Positions 1 through 11,765 of a DNA stretch of 64,000 nucleotides are shown in pieces; positions within the stretch are counted from its first letter, which is position 1, and each line of letters starts with the position of its first letter. The DNA comes from Azolla caroliniana. Lineage: Eukaryota > Plantae > Polypodiophyta. Below the pieces are notes generated by a model. The model had not been told where the DNA came from. It made no database searches and was given only the letters and a program-made list of their open reading frames with translations. The stretch spans positions 5,084,001 through 5,148,000 of the forward strand of contig JBHGNT010000008.1 in NCBI GenBank assembly GCA_043228905.1. The letters are read 5' to 3'. A program made the position numbers and the translations under genes.

Positions 1-2587
1 TACATGGCACAAAATGTGCCATCTTCGTATATCGATCGACGACGGTTAGGATAGCATCGAACCCCTTCGAGACCGGCAGATCTGTAATAAAATCAAGACA
101 AATAGACTGCCATGGCTTACTTGGAATTGGTAAAGGTTCCAACAAGCCATATGGATGGTGTCGTGGCATCTTTGCTCGGCAGCAAGCATCACAGGTCCGA
201 ACGTAGTCGTCGACAAAACGGCGCATGTGGGGCCACCAAAAAGATCGCTGCACTAACTCCAACGTCTTGGTACTACCAAAATGTCCCGCCGTATGGGTGT
301 CGTGACAATGTTGGACGATTTGAAGGCGACAGGAGCAATCGGGGACATATACGCGCTTTTTAAAGAATAACAAACCATCATGATATTCGAATTGTCGGTA
401 GTCAATACCTGGTTGTTGAGACTGAGAACAGGATGCCCGAGAAGTATCAATGTGCGCCAGGATGTCTTGAGCAAAACTATCCGTCTTCAAGGTTGCACGT
501 ATGTCATCAGTAATCCGTGAATCCATCGGGGTGTGAAAAATCCGCGTCGTGTGCAATCGTGTTGGTCCCAAGATTACTTGCTTTTGATTATCAAATGTTG
601 CGTCACCAGGCCGAGGTGCAAGATATGAACGACGTGATAGTGCATCTGCTTTTCCTTGCTGCTTCCCCGGTCGATATGTGATTTCGAAGTTGAAACGCGT
701 GAGGAATTGCGCCCACCGAGCTTGCCGTCGATTTAGTACGCGAGCGTTCTGAAAATAAGCAAGATTTTTATGATCGCTAAAGACAATGACCTGATGTGGA
801 GAGCCCTCTAAGAAATGCCGCCATTGTACAAATGAATCCACGATGGCTAATAACTCCTTGTCATGTATTTCGTAGTTGATTTCTGCGACATTGAATTTAC
901 GCGAATGGAAAGCCACCGGATGCAACTCTTCTTTATCGCCTTGTTGAGAAAGGATGCTACCGAGGGCGAAATCTGATGCGTCGGCCTCCATGATGAATGG
1001 TTTGCTTGTATCCACATGAGCTAGAATCGGTGCTGATGTAAAGGCTTTCTTAAGATGCCGAAAAGCCATATCTGCTTCGATGGACCAAAGAAATGCTTGG
1101 CCCTTCTTCGTAAGTTGTGTGAGAGGTAAAATAATCTTCGAGTAATCCTGTATAAACTTACGGTAGAAGTTAGCAAAGCCTAGAAAACATTGTACATCTC
1201 GTACCGACCGTGGAATTTGCCACTCTAGTACAGTTTGGATTTTAGCTGGATCCATGGCGATGCCCTTTGAGGAGATGACGTAGCCTAGAAATTCCACTTG
1301 CTTGCAGTCAAAGCTACATTTCTCTAGCTTGGCATAAAGACCATTCTCGCGGAGTCGCTTTAGTACTAATAGTACATGAGAATCGTGCTCTTCCTGGGTC
1401 TTCGAATAAATCAACAGATCATCCAGATAAATGATCAAACAGATATCCAAGAGGTCTCTGAATATATCATTTGCCATGTGTTGGAAGACTGCGGGTGCAT
1501 TGGTTAGGCCAAACGGCATAACAGTATACTCAAAATGCCCATACCGCGTGCGAAAAGCGGTCTTCCACTCATCTCCCGGTCGGATCCGCACGAGATTATA
1601 CGCTCCTCGTAGGTCGATTTTAGTAAAAAACTTGGCACCATTAACTCGCTCTAAAAGACTTGATATAAGAGGAAGTGCATACCTATTCCGGATGGTGACT
1701 TTATTCAATCCGCGGTAATCAACGACAAGACGAAGTGAGCCATCTTTCTTCTTGACAAAGAAGATGGGTGCACCGGCCGGAGATTTCGAATGACGGATGA
1801 ACCCGCTTGCCAAGTTCTCCTCTATGTAGGCTCGAAGGACTTCTAACTCGGTGGGTGACAAATTGTAAATTGGTCCCCATGGTGGCTCGGTTCCTGGTTG
1901 TAAATCGATGGGACAGTCATAGGGACGGTGATGAGGAAGGGTACCAGCTTTTACCTTGTCAAATACATCGGCATAAGGATGATATTTTGCCGGAAGTTGT
2001 ATTGAGGAGTCCTTCTTAATAGTGCTAGAAGGATGTACTGATATGGCAAATAGGAACATTGCCTCCTTGGGTCCTTCTTCGCGTAGTTGATGGAGTGAAA
2101 TGGTCGAAACTCGGTGAGTTGATTCTTGGGGTGGTCGATATCGGACTTCTCTTGTTCTCCAATCTATGGCTGGATTATGTAATTCAAGCCAAGGTAATCC
2201 TAGGACAATGGGATGCTCTGGACTACTAATTATATTAAATGATATTATACACACAAAACTACCTAGGACAACTTGAATGGGTTCTGATTCTTCTACAATA
2301 TTCCCGGAAGCAATGGGACGACCATCAATGACCACTACAGATGCGGGACAAGGAAGTTTTCTTAAGGATATCTGAGAAGCTTGGGCAAAATTTCGATCCA
2401 TGAAACAGGAATTAGCTCCGGAATCTAAAAGTGCTAGGACGGGTACTGGGGGAGTACTTTTAGTACTAACAATGACTTGGGCTAGGAACACATTGCTAAC
2501 TTGCTTGGAAGGAATGGAACCACTAATGGGCTGTACAGATCTAGGGCTGCTGTCCAACCAAATGGCTCCTATTTTGGCTGGACTCAA
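1..2587 (-). CDS. pol: Pol (PR LLDSGA, RT YLDD, RNase H, start of integrase), -1 frame to gag, partial at window edge
   Basis: Reverse complement aligns to 45205-47790; no stop noticed by eye. Confidence 0.88.
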   Translation of the reverse strand, partial: MSPAKIGAIWLDSSPRSVQPISGSIPSKQVSNVFLAQVIVSTKSTPPVPVLALLDSGANSCFMDRNFAQASQISLRKLPCPASVVVIDGRPIASGNIVEESEPIQVVLGSFVCIISFNIISSPEHPIVLGLPWLELHNPAIDWRTREVRYRPPQESTHRVSTISLHQLREEGPKEAMFLFAISVHPSSTIKKDSSIQLPAKYHPYADVFDKVKAGTLPHHRPYDCPIDLQPGTEPPWGPIYNLSPTELEVLRAYIEENLASGFIRHSKSPAGAPIFFVKKKDGSLRLVVDYRGLNKVTIRNRYALPLISSLLERVNGAKFFTKIDLRGAYNLVRIRPGDEWKTAFRTRYGHFEYTVMPFGLTNAPAVFQHMANDIFRDLLDICLIIYLDDLLIYSKTQEEHDSHVLLVLKRLRENGLYAKLEKCSFDCKQVEFLGYVISSKGIAMDPAKIQTVLEWQIPRSVRDVQCFLGFANFYRKFIQDYSKIILPLTQLTKKGQAFLWSIEADMAFRHLKKAFTSAPILAHVDTSKPFIMEADASDFALGSILSQQGDKEELHPVAFHSRKFNVAEINYEIHDKELLAIVDSFVQWRHFLEGSPHQVIVFSDHKNLAYFQNARVLNRRQARWAQFLTRFNFEITYRPGKQQGKADALSRRSYLAPRPGDATFDNQKQVILGPTRLHTTRIFHTPMDSRITDDIRATLKTDSFAQDILAHIDTSRASCSQSQQPGIDYRQFEYHDGLLFFKKRVYVPDCSCRLQIVQHCHDTHTAGHFGSTKTLELVQRSFWWPHMRRFVDDYVRTCDACCRAKMPRHHPYGLLEPLPIPSKPWQSICLDFITDLPVSKGFDAILTVVDRYTKMAHFVPC

Positions 2588-3741
2588 TCGTTTAACTCTT
2601 CATCTAATTGACTAAGGATTTCAAATTTATTTGAGATACTTGGGCTATTAGTACTATGGATACTATCTGACACTCTATTAGTACTATTAATACTATCAGA
2701 CACTCCGAAGGGAAGAATTGACTCGGGTTTAGTACAGGCGACGATTTGATTTACCTGTCTTCTTGGCCTATGGGGACAATTGATGGCGATATGTCCTGGT
2801 CCACCGCAATAAAGACATAATCGATTGGCACGTCGTCGTTGCTTTTCTTCTTCCGATAACGGGCCGCGTCGACGCATGGTATCGATCTCCATCGGTGTCG
2901 AAGTATTTGCTTGAGGTATGTCTCGTGCAAACGGTTTAGCCGCGACTGCGGCGTAAGTGGGCTCTGGCCTAGAGCGTGGTATCTGTAATTGACGTTCTGA
3001 ACGCCGTTCAAAAAGGCGGTTGTCACATCGAACTGCTCGACTGATTGCCTCCGTAAGAGACTTTGGTTCTTCGGGGAAAGTTAGAAGTAGATCTTTGACA
3101 TCGTTTCGCAAGCCATAGCGAAACTGCTCCATTAGTGCTTGATCATCCCAGGGTATATCTGAAGCAAGTAGGCGGAAATCCGCCGCGTAGGCAGAGGCTG
3201 GACGATCGCCTTGACGCAATCGCCGGATCTTGTTGATCGCCGTCCTGATGCTGTCGGTGTCTCCAAAGCAGGCTTTAAACTCACCAATAAAATCTTCAAA
3301 GTTATTAAGTAAGGGTGATTGTTTTTCTAGAAGCGGAGCAAACCATGCCAAGGCTGAGCCGCTAAGTAGCGTGCCTATTAGGCCGACTCGAGATGCATCA
3401 GTGGGATATCGGGAAGGATGCATCTGGATGACTAAGCGTACCTGATTAAGGAATCCCCGGAATTGCGAACGCGTTCCATCAAATTTCACAGGAAGTCCAA
3501 TCTTGGGCTCTTTATGAAATCCTTGGGGACTGGATCCTTGTTGTTGCAACGCTGCTTCGAGTTGTTGTACCCGTAACGCTAACTCCCCATGTTGTTGTTG
3601 CGTTTGTTGTTTTTCTAGAGCGATTTGTTGCAGATCCCCTATCAGCCGTTGGTTTTCTTGTTCCAGGGCAACAAACTTTTCTTTTAGGCACTGTAGCTCG
3701 GAGAAAACGGATTGGTATTCTTGGGCGCTAACAGTAGCCAT
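2584..3741 (-). CDS. gag: Gag (coiled-coil N-terminus, retrotransposon capsid, CCHC knuckle CLYCGGPGHIAINC), 385 aa
   Basis: ORF track; differs from the 44051-45208 gag at about 3 residues. Confidence 0.95.
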   Translation of the reverse strand: MATVSAQEYQSVFSELQCLKEKFVALEQENQRLIGDLQQIALEKQQTQQQHGELALRVQQLEAALQQQGSSPQGFHKEPKIGLPVKFDGTRSQFRGFLNQVRLVIQMHPSRYPTDASRVGLIGTLLSGSALAWFAPLLEKQSPLLNNFEDFIGEFKACFGDTDSIRTAINKIRRLRQGDRPASAYAADFRLLASDIPWDDQALMEQFRYGLRNDVKDLLLTFPEEPKSLTEAISRAVRCDNRLFERRSERQLQIPRSRPEPTYAAVAAKPFARDIPQANTSTPMEIDTMRRRGPLSEEEKQRRRANRLCLYCGGPGHIAINCPHRPRRQVNQIVACTKPESILPFGVSDSINSTNRVSDSIHSTNSPSISNKFEILSQLDEELND

Positions 3742-3810
3742 AGTATAGGGGAAAGGGTAGGAGGATGAGGGAGAGTGACAAGTAGGCTAGAGGAAAAAAT
3801 TGGTTCAAAC

Positions 3811-4233
3811 TGTCAGGAATAGTACTAAAACAGAGATGGAATTAGTACTAAGAAGAGTAGTACTATTAGTACTAAGAGGACGGGACTGCGTAAGATTCCC
3901 GAGAGAGAGAAAGTGAGAAGAGGAGAGAGAGAGGGAAATAAGATGATGACAGCAGCTCTTATATTATATGAAAGATAAGTACAAATCGACTAAGAGGCTT
4001 AAGACTGGTGTTGAACCAATTTGGTTCAACATAATGCCTAGTGCCCTCTTTTATAGTGTTTTCAGGAGTAATCCTGAAGCTTCTAGAATGTTCCAGAGAA
4101 ATCTGGAATATACACTAATTTCCTATAATAAAATGTAAATGAAAATAATATCCTACGTATTACAATACATGATCTAATGGTAAGAGCTCGACCCATGTAG
4201 CATAAAGTCATGGGTTCGAGTCTTGCCATGACA
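3811..4233 (-). repeat. 5' LTR of Tcn1-like copy 1 (423 bp)
   Basis: TG...CA ends, TATA box, homology to LTRs at 43551 and 48789. Confidence 0.93.
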
Positions 4234-4618
4234 ATCAGAAGATCCTCCATCTTGATCTTCCAGTCGGCGTAATTCTGCGCATTCAGCACCATCATCCCCG
4301 GCTGCCCGCTGCCGCCGGCTTCCATTTTCTGCAGCAACTCGCTCTGATACCACTTTGTTGCACACGGTGCTCGGCCACAACCGTGGAATAGGATCAACTC
4401 ACAGAAAATAGGAAATACAAAGTACACGAAGACAATAGAGAGAAGAGTACACAGGATATTTTACGTGGAAAACCCTAGATGGGAAAAACCACGGGAGTCC
4501 TCAAACTCCAACTATCACTATGAACAGAGATGTACAATGGTGAAGCTTCAAGGCAACAACCTTGAGCTCACTGTCTTCGCCACAGGCGGCGGTAATACAC
4601 AGAGGCAACGACCTCCTC

Positions 4619-4649
<31 letters not shown>

Positions 4650-4998
4650 CTGCTCTCTTCACTCTCTCTAAGTGGAAAACAGAAAAATAAGCAACAACAT
4701 AAAACTGTTTGCCCTAAGTCATATTTATACACATATGACTTTCGGGCTATTTACAAATATAGCCTCAAGGGCCCTTGGCAAACATATTCTCAAATATGTC
4801 CCCGCATCCGGATCTCTCTCCGGGTACATTCGTCATCCGGCTCCGTAGCCGGGGTCTTCATCATCCGGCTCCGTAGCCGGGGTCTTCATCATCCGGCTCC
4901 GTAACCGGGGTCTTCATCATCCGGCTCCGTAGCCGGGGTCTTCATTCCCGATTCCCGGACATCCGACCATCCCATCCGGAGGGACCGTAATCCCAACA
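4234..4998 (-). mobile_element. Ty1/copia element B: 5' LTR (4356-4998), tRNA-iMet PBS (4341-4352) and gag start; inserted in RT of copia A
   Basis: Minus-strand TGGTATCAGAGC PBS; gag MEAGGSGQPGMMVLNAQNYADWKIKMEDLL interrupted by the gypsy LTR; LTR homologous to 22638-23316. Confidence 0.88.
4829..4940. repeat. 4 x 28-bp tandem repeat (TTCATCATCCGGCTCCGTAGCCGGGGTC) in copia B U3
   Basis: Direct reading. Confidence 0.9.
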
Positions 4999-6022
4999 GA
5001 TTGCTCATAAACCGGTTCACCACTCCAACTGCGTGTCTGATATCCGGTCGGGTACACACCATTACGTACATTAAGCTTCCGACGGCAAAGGCATATGGTA
5101 TCTTCATCATATCCGCCTTCTCTGCCTTCATCTTCAGGCTTTGCTTACCGGATAAACTGTAGTTTGTTGGGGAGTGTCGATCCGACCGGTTTCGCATCTG
5201 ACATGTTGAACCATTGAAGTACTTTTGTCACGTACTTCTCCTGTAACAACCACAATTGCTTCTTTGACCGGTGTCGTGAAGATTTTCGGCAATAGTGTGA
5301 AAATCCCATAAAACGTACGAAATCGAGTATGAATCACATAATACAATAATTGTGAAGATAACATTTTAAATAAATTTAATATCTAAGTACAAAATGATGG
5401 AGGTTTCGAATGCACTTTATTACACGAGAAACGGACAACTAAATGTCAAGATATGAGGGTATAAAGTTTGTGAAAGGAAAAGAGAAAATTGTGAGATATG
5501 CCACATAGGCACGACAAATACGGCTCTCATCATATATAAGGTAGAGCAAAAGATATTATCTTTGTGTCTATGTGAGGAGCACACATGTTCCGGAGACGTG
5601 GGCAGTTCAAGCCGACGTGGCAACGTGAGACCCAAGAGATAGACGGTGGTGTTACCCATGTAGGACATTCCATCTAGAGACTTGGGCAGTTGCGTTGAGA
5701 ACCAACGTGGGACCCAAGAGACAGATGGTAGGAAAGGAAGGTAAAATAATTAGAATGTAAAAGGGGGGGTTATGAAATTAAGAAGAAGAAATTCGTTATC
5801 AAATTGATGGTGTAACTTGTTTCTTAAATCTAAAGTTAAAAGTTCTATCAATCTCTCTCAATCGTGTGATCTCAACTTCTCTCTTTCCCAATCTATCTTA
5901 AGTACTTTCTCGCTAAAGCTTGCGCCAAAGCTTGTACTGACTTTGAATCCTTCCGGTCCAAAACCCCGGCGGTTCCGCCTCACGATCCGCGCATAGTGAC
6001 GGATCTTCACGACATAATTAAG

Positions 6023-6040
6023 TGGTGAACTCGACGTGAA
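6023..6040 (+). promoter_or_regulatory. Primer binding site complementary to the 3' end of tRNA-Trp
   Basis: TGGTGAACTCGACGTGAA versus recalled plant tRNA-Trp 3' end ...TTCACGTCGGGTTCACCA (one G-U pair). Confidence 0.8.
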
Positions 6041-6075
6041 AGAGGCGGTAGGAAGGATCAAGTCGAGATTAATAC

Positions 6076-8280
6076 TTGGAGATGGCGTCCTCAAGCAACC
6101 AAGCGGGAGAGCTCAAAAGGATGATGCTAATCGTCGAGCAAATGATGAGATCTCGGGACAACGACGCGAGTGTGGAGAAGGTTGTCGATCGTGTCGTAGA
6201 GCTCGAGGGCCAATTCGATGGAAGGAACGTTACGAAGTTCCTTGATGCATATAGAAGGGAGATGAATCAGAGGGACGTGTTCGAGGCACGTCAAATCGCA
6301 AGCTTCAAGAGAGTTGTCGCCAACAACATCCAAAGACGCGTCATCGAGCTTCAAGAAGGTAAGACAACATGGTCCGAGTTCGAGAAAACGATACTAGCGG
6401 AGTTCGTGACTGAAGACTCAACGAGGATGACTCGACATGCCCTGATGAAGTGGATAGAGAAGAAGAATAAGAAGATGAGCATCTCGAGGGTGTACGACGA
6501 ATTCGACCAGATGTTTAGTCGTCTCCCCAATACGGACCAAGTGTTGCTTGAAGAGGACAAGACTTTGTACTTCTTGAAGGCCGTGGACATAAAGGATAGA
6601 CGGGAGTTGGGGACTCTTCTCGAAGATGATACCCAAGCAAATGGGCTCGTAGCGGACTGGATCGCAGTGAAGCGGGCATGCGATAGGCTCGACAAGCGTC
6701 GCCAATGGGTTGATGACACCGACTTGACGGGACCAACTACCACGGAGAAAGCAAGACCGCCGAAAGTAGTTGAGCCGCCAAGACAAAGTAACGTGGAAGA
6801 AAAGAAGATTGATGATGACATCATTGAAGAGCTAGCGAAGAAGTTCGAGAAGGTCACGCTAGCCAACATGAATCGTCGGGGCCCTAAAGGAAAAGAACCC
6901 TTTAGATGCGTGTGGTGCGATAGCATGAACCACATGAGAAGGGATTGTGCGAGCCTTCGAGAGGCGATTCGACAAAATATCGTATACATAGAGGACAACA
7001 TGATCTGCTCAAGCGAGACTAGAAGACCCCTACGGGTGAATTTCGGAAGAGGAGGAATGAAGAACTCTATGGAGGATGCTAATGCGACTCATGTGGATGC
7101 GATGCACTATGCTGCGTCGGCCGGAATAAGAGTTGGGAAAGACAAGACTGAAGCTGCTAGGGCGGGAGCAAAGTTTTGGACTTCCGTTCTCGAATATGAG
7201 AAGAAGGGAAAAGTCACATCGAACGAGGTAGAGCTTGCGGACCGAAGCGTGCAAAGCATAACCGGGTGGTCGGATCCGGTGGACGACAACACCATACTCG
7301 CAGAGGTGATGTGCGACAACCACGAGGTGTTCGTCGAAGAAAAGAGAAAGAGAATAGAAGAGCAAGGCCCATCAAAAAGACATGAAACAAGGAACGCGAA
7401 AAAGAAGGACGATGCGGAGACGAGTCGACCTTTACAAACGGAGGAACGAGAATCAAGCCAAAAAGGGGAGCCGAGCATACGAGTTCAAGAAACGGTTCGG
7501 CCCGTGAAGGTTGGTGTCAAAGACCCCGCTCGGAGGACAAGGACTATACCTACCTATAAGCTAAGGTCGGACATAGAGCAGACGACGGACCTAAAGAAGA
7601 TTCTCGAAGAACGAGTTCTTGATAGCCACGTAACTTTGTTCTTGAGGGAATTGCTTGGCATTACGAAGAAGGAGTTCCATGACACGATCGTGGACCTTGT
7701 AAAGAGAAAGAGACAACAATCGGACGAGGAAGAAGAGAAGCCGCAAAAAGCAAAAACGAATGCCATAACGATGGCAAGAGACGAAATCAATGAAGATATG
7801 GTGGATAGCCACTACACTCGACCTCATTGGGCACGAGCGACAATGGAGACGCCGGTGAAGATCGGGGAGAAGAAAGAGACCGTGGTAGCCTTGATCGACC
7901 ACGGCTCGGAGATCAACCTCATGTCAACCGACTTCTACAAAAAAGGAAGATGGCCAATCAATACAAACCATGGATGGAAGATTCGCGCGGCAACAAAGTC
8001 TACGGAGGATTTGTATGGAGCTTGTCCCAATGTCAAAGTCACGATCGGGGATGTGGAGATGGATCAACACTTCTTCGTACAGGAATCGGCGTCGCATCCT
8101 GTCATCCTAGGGCAACCTTATATCACATCATCTCGGATGGAGACCAAAGTGTTCGATAATGGAGCAGCCTTCGCACGAATAAACAGTCTTGACAACCAAA
8201 GATCGGTCCAATTCCTAACGGTGCGAGCCAATCATGAAAGGAATCGAGATAATATAGGAGGCGAATCCTCGGATTTTTAG
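6076..8280 (+). CDS. gag: Gag-protease ORF (CCHC CVWCDSMNHMRRDC; aspartic protease LIDHGSE), 734 aa
   Basis: ORF track motifs. Confidence 0.92.
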   Translation: MEMASSSNQAGELKRMMLIVEQMMRSRDNDASVEKVVDRVVELEGQFDGRNVTKFLDAYRREMNQRDVFEARQIASFKRVVANNIQRRVIELQEGKTTWSEFEKTILAEFVTEDSTRMTRHALMKWIEKKNKKMSISRVYDEFDQMFSRLPNTDQVLLEEDKTLYFLKAVDIKDRRELGTLLEDDTQANGLVADWIAVKRACDRLDKRRQWVDDTDLTGPTTTEKARPPKVVEPPRQSNVEEKKIDDDIIEELAKKFEKVTLANMNRRGPKGKEPFRCVWCDSMNHMRRDCASLREAIRQNIVYIEDNMICSSETRRPLRVNFGRGGMKNSMEDANATHVDAMHYAASAGIRVGKDKTEAARAGAKFWTSVLEYEKKGKVTSNEVELADRSVQSITGWSDPVDDNTILAEVMCDNHEVFVEEKRKRIEEQGPSKRHETRNAKKKDDAETSRPLQTEERESSQKGEPSIRVQETVRPVKVGVKDPARRTRTIPTYKLRSDIEQTTDLKKILEERVLDSHVTLFLRELLGITKKEFHDTIVDLVKRKRQQSDEEEEKPQKAKTNAITMARDEINEDMVDSHYTRPHWARATMETPVKIGEKKETVVALIDHGSEINLMSTDFYKKGRWPINTNHGWKIRAATKSTEDLYGACPNVKVTIGDVEMDQHFFVQESASHPVILGQPYITSSRMETKVFDNGAAFARINSLDNQRSVQFLTVRANHERNRDNIGGESSDF

Positions 8281-11200
8281 AGCGGACTATTGAAGCATGG
8301 GGCACAAATAGTCCGAGCAATCACAATACCCCACAAGAAAGAAGAGTGCATGGATTGCAAGGAGAAGCAACATGTGTCACACCTAGTGGCACATGTAAAC
8401 TAGTACTACCTGACAAGAAGCACAAGCGCCGGATACAAGAATTCGAGAAGATGCTGAAAGAAGAGAACATAATAGAAGAAGGAGAGTTCGTGACTCATAT
8501 TATGAAAGAAGCCTCATTTAACGACACCATCGGCGAAATCGAGGACGTCGTGGACTTGAGCTATCTTCACAAACAACGCGTGATTTCGGTTAACTCCGTC
8601 AACATGTACGCTATCATCGATGAATACCGTCGTGGCATTTCGATGAAGGAAGCTGACATCAACACGAAATATAAAACGGTGGATAAGAAGATCAAGCCAG
8701 TTGCGGTTCCGCTACCGGAAGATAGCTGGCAAAAGATGAAGGAAGTCGCTAACGATCCAAGCTTAAGAGATCCGAAGAAGATAGGTCATGTCTTCACCAA
8801 AGAGACGAAGGGGAAGCTACGAGTTGGAAAGGAGGATTTCCTTCTCCCTAAAGAGGAGCAAATGTTTCGCGATATGCTTGAGAGACATGGGAAGGCTTTC
8901 GCATTCTTCCCATGAGAAATCGGATGCGCCGACCCAAAGGTTATAGAACCGATGGTGATCTTCACGGTGCCTCATGTGCCTTGGAATTTGAAACCGATAC
9001 CGATTCCGAGAGCACACCTTCCGAAGTTGATCGAGCTCTTAAAGGAGAAGGTGAGTATGGGAATTCTAGAACCGTCGAATGCTCCTTATTCCAATAGGTG
9101 GTTCACGGTGCCGAAGAAGAATGGATCATTGCGATTCATCCAAGATCTTCAACCCGTCAACAAGGTGACAATTCGAAATGCCGGAATCGGTCCGAGCGTG
9201 GACGAATTTGCCGAAGCGTTTGCGGGCCGGTCCATCTACTCCATTGGCGATCTCTACTCCGGATATGACCAATTCCAATTGGCGATCGACAGTCGGGACA
9301 TTACAACCATGAGGACTCCAATCGGGCTTGTGCGGATGTGTACCTTACCCCAAGGCGCAACGAACTCGGTGGCTCATATGGTGAATGCCATGAATTATGT
9401 CTTGAAGGATTGCATTCTGGACATCACGATGCCATTCTTGGATGATATTCCGATAAAAGGATGTTCGGATGAGGAGAAAGATGAATTGAAAGATAAGGAA
9501 GGTTGTAGAAAGTTCGTTGCGGATCATATGAAAGATTGCGAGAAGGTGCTTCAAAGGCTCGAAGATGCGAATTTGACATTTTCGGGAGAAAAATCCGCAT
9601 TCGAGCAACCGGAGATCTTGGTGGTAGGTCACTTGTGTGGAGCATACGACCGGAAGCCCTCGCCATCCAAAGTGAACGCAATCCAAGACATGAAAGAAGA
9701 ATGCGAAAACCAAACGGAGGTTCGAAGGTTCCTTGGAGCATGCGCGTTTTATCATATATGGATTCCTCACTACGCTCATGTCGCCGAACCGTTATATGGA
9801 CTACAAAAGAAAAGAATAAAGTTCAAATGGCGAGACGAGCACACAAAGGTGATACGAAGATTAAAGAAACTGCTTCTTGAAGCTCCGGCACTAAGGAAGG
9901 CCGACTATGCCGAAGGGAAACCAATTTACGTGACCATAGATACGAGCCCAACCAGAATCGGGTGGGTCATCAATCAAGAAGGTGAAGATAATGCGCGATA
10001 TGCCGTCCGGTTTGGAGCAAAGGTTCTCAACGAATGGCAACAAAGATATGCCCAAGTCAAGCGGGAACTTTGGGGTATTGTGTCGGCAGTGAAGACGGAC
10101 AAAGATTACCTGATCGGGTCAGAAGTGATAATAGAGACAAATTGTCTCCCAATTCTCGGAATGGTCTCGGGATGTGCGACCCCAGACCTTGCTATGCTAA
10201 GGTGGATCGCCTACATCAAGTCTTTAAACCCAGAGATCCGTCACATTGCAGGGAAGAAGAACGCCATGGCTAACATGCTGTCGAGGGCAAGATTTTCAAA
10301 TGGAAGTAACATGGTTTCGGAAGATGAAGATGTTGCCCTCGACTTCTTCAAGATGGCTCAATTGTCGGCGGAAGACCAGGACGCGCAAACCCTCCACGCC
10401 TTCAACGAGAACGAGTACGAAGGAGAGTGGTTACTCATCGGTAGATTCCTAAGAACATTGACGACAGATGCTTCGTTGACAAAGGAGGAGGCCCTACGAA
10501 TCCGAAAGAAAGCTTACCGATACTTCTTGAAGGGAGGATTCCTTTGGCGACATCCAAAAAGAAGGACGGGAATACCACGTCGAGTGGTGGTAAAGAAAGA
10601 AGATCAAGAGATGTTGATGACCGAATTCCACGAGAGTGCTTGGGCAGGTCATAGAGGAACATGGGCGACGTTCGAAAAGTTGAAGGAGAAGTACTGGTGG
10701 CCAAGCATGTACAAAGATGTACTCCATTTCGTGTCCACATGCGAAACTTGCCAAGTATATATAAATATACGTCATCGTGATGAGTTAAAGCCAACATACC
10801 CACTCACCATACACTTCAAATGGATGGTGGATCTGGTCTCGATGCCAATGGGAGTGGGACAAATGAAGTACTTAGCGCTGGCAAGGGAAGACTTGACAAA
10901 TCAAGTGGAAGGACGAGCCTTGACAAATAAGACGACTTCAGCCGTTTGCAAATTTCTACTTGAAGATGTTGTTTGCCGATATGGATGTGTAGGGAAGATA
11001 GTGGCCGAACGAGGGGAGTTGGACGTGCACGAAGCGACGAAGCTCTTCGAAAGGCTAGGCGTGAAGCTCTCCCTCACGACTGCCTACAATCCGGAAGCAA
11101 ATGGGAAGATCGAGCGAGGGCATGGACCTATCGTTAAAGCCATCATACGGGCATGCAACGGTCGAGTCGGGAATTGGCCACGACTATTACCCTATGCCTT

Positions 11201-11765
11201 GTGGGCCGATAGAATGACACATAGCTCGGTGATAGGGTATATGTCGACGGAGCTTATGTACGGACAAAAGCCGATTATGCCCATCAAAAGGAAGATCGCC
11301 TCATGGGTAGCGATACCATGGGAGAACGAGATGAGCCGAGAAGAGTTATTAGCGGCGCGGATAAGGCAACTTGAAAGAAGACCTAAAGATTTAGAAAAAG
11401 CGCGAAAGATGATAAAGGCAGCCCGAGTAAAGAACAAGGTTCGGTTCGACAACACGCATCGACTTCGTCCCAAGAAGATTGAAGAAGGGGATTGGGCTTT
11501 GGTTTACGATAGCACCCTTGACAATCAACACAGTACAACAAGGAAATTCGCAAGAAGATGGTTCGGGCCGTATGTGGTGACAAGTGCCAACGATAATGCC
11601 ACATACCACCTTGCGGAACTTTACGGATCAAGGTTGGCCGTACCCATTGCGGGAAAAAGAGTAAAGATTTTCAAGAAAAGACAAGACAAGGATCCTGACC
11701 TCGATTACCTCGACGATGAACATAATAGGACGGATGTAAATGAATACATGGAGGAATCTAATTGA
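8271..11765 (+). pseudogene. pol: Pol RT-RNaseH-INT in -1 frame, with one in-frame TGA at 8913-8915
   Basis: ORFs 8346-8915 and 8952-11765 share a frame that is open back to the gag stop; FLDD, HHCC and DDE motifs; no chromodomain. Confidence 0.88.

Larger units (their letters stand above)
1..4233 (-). mobile_element. Ty3/gypsy chromovirus (Tcn1-like) copy 1, 5' part; runs off the left edge; inserted in gag of copia B
   Basis: 5' LTR 3811-4233 (TGTCA...TGACA), gag and PR-RT-RH-INT on minus strand, near-identical to the element at 43551-49219. Confidence 0.95.

Noticed and set aside
8913-8915. Programmed readthrough at in-frame TGA codons (also 58022-58024)
   Set aside because: More simply explained by CGA>TGA deamination in methylated TEs; no readthrough context seen
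6127-11631. Many antisense ORFs of 60-216 aa over gypsy gag/pol (also over other TE ORFs)
   Set aside because: Shadows of codon bias; no recognisable motifs
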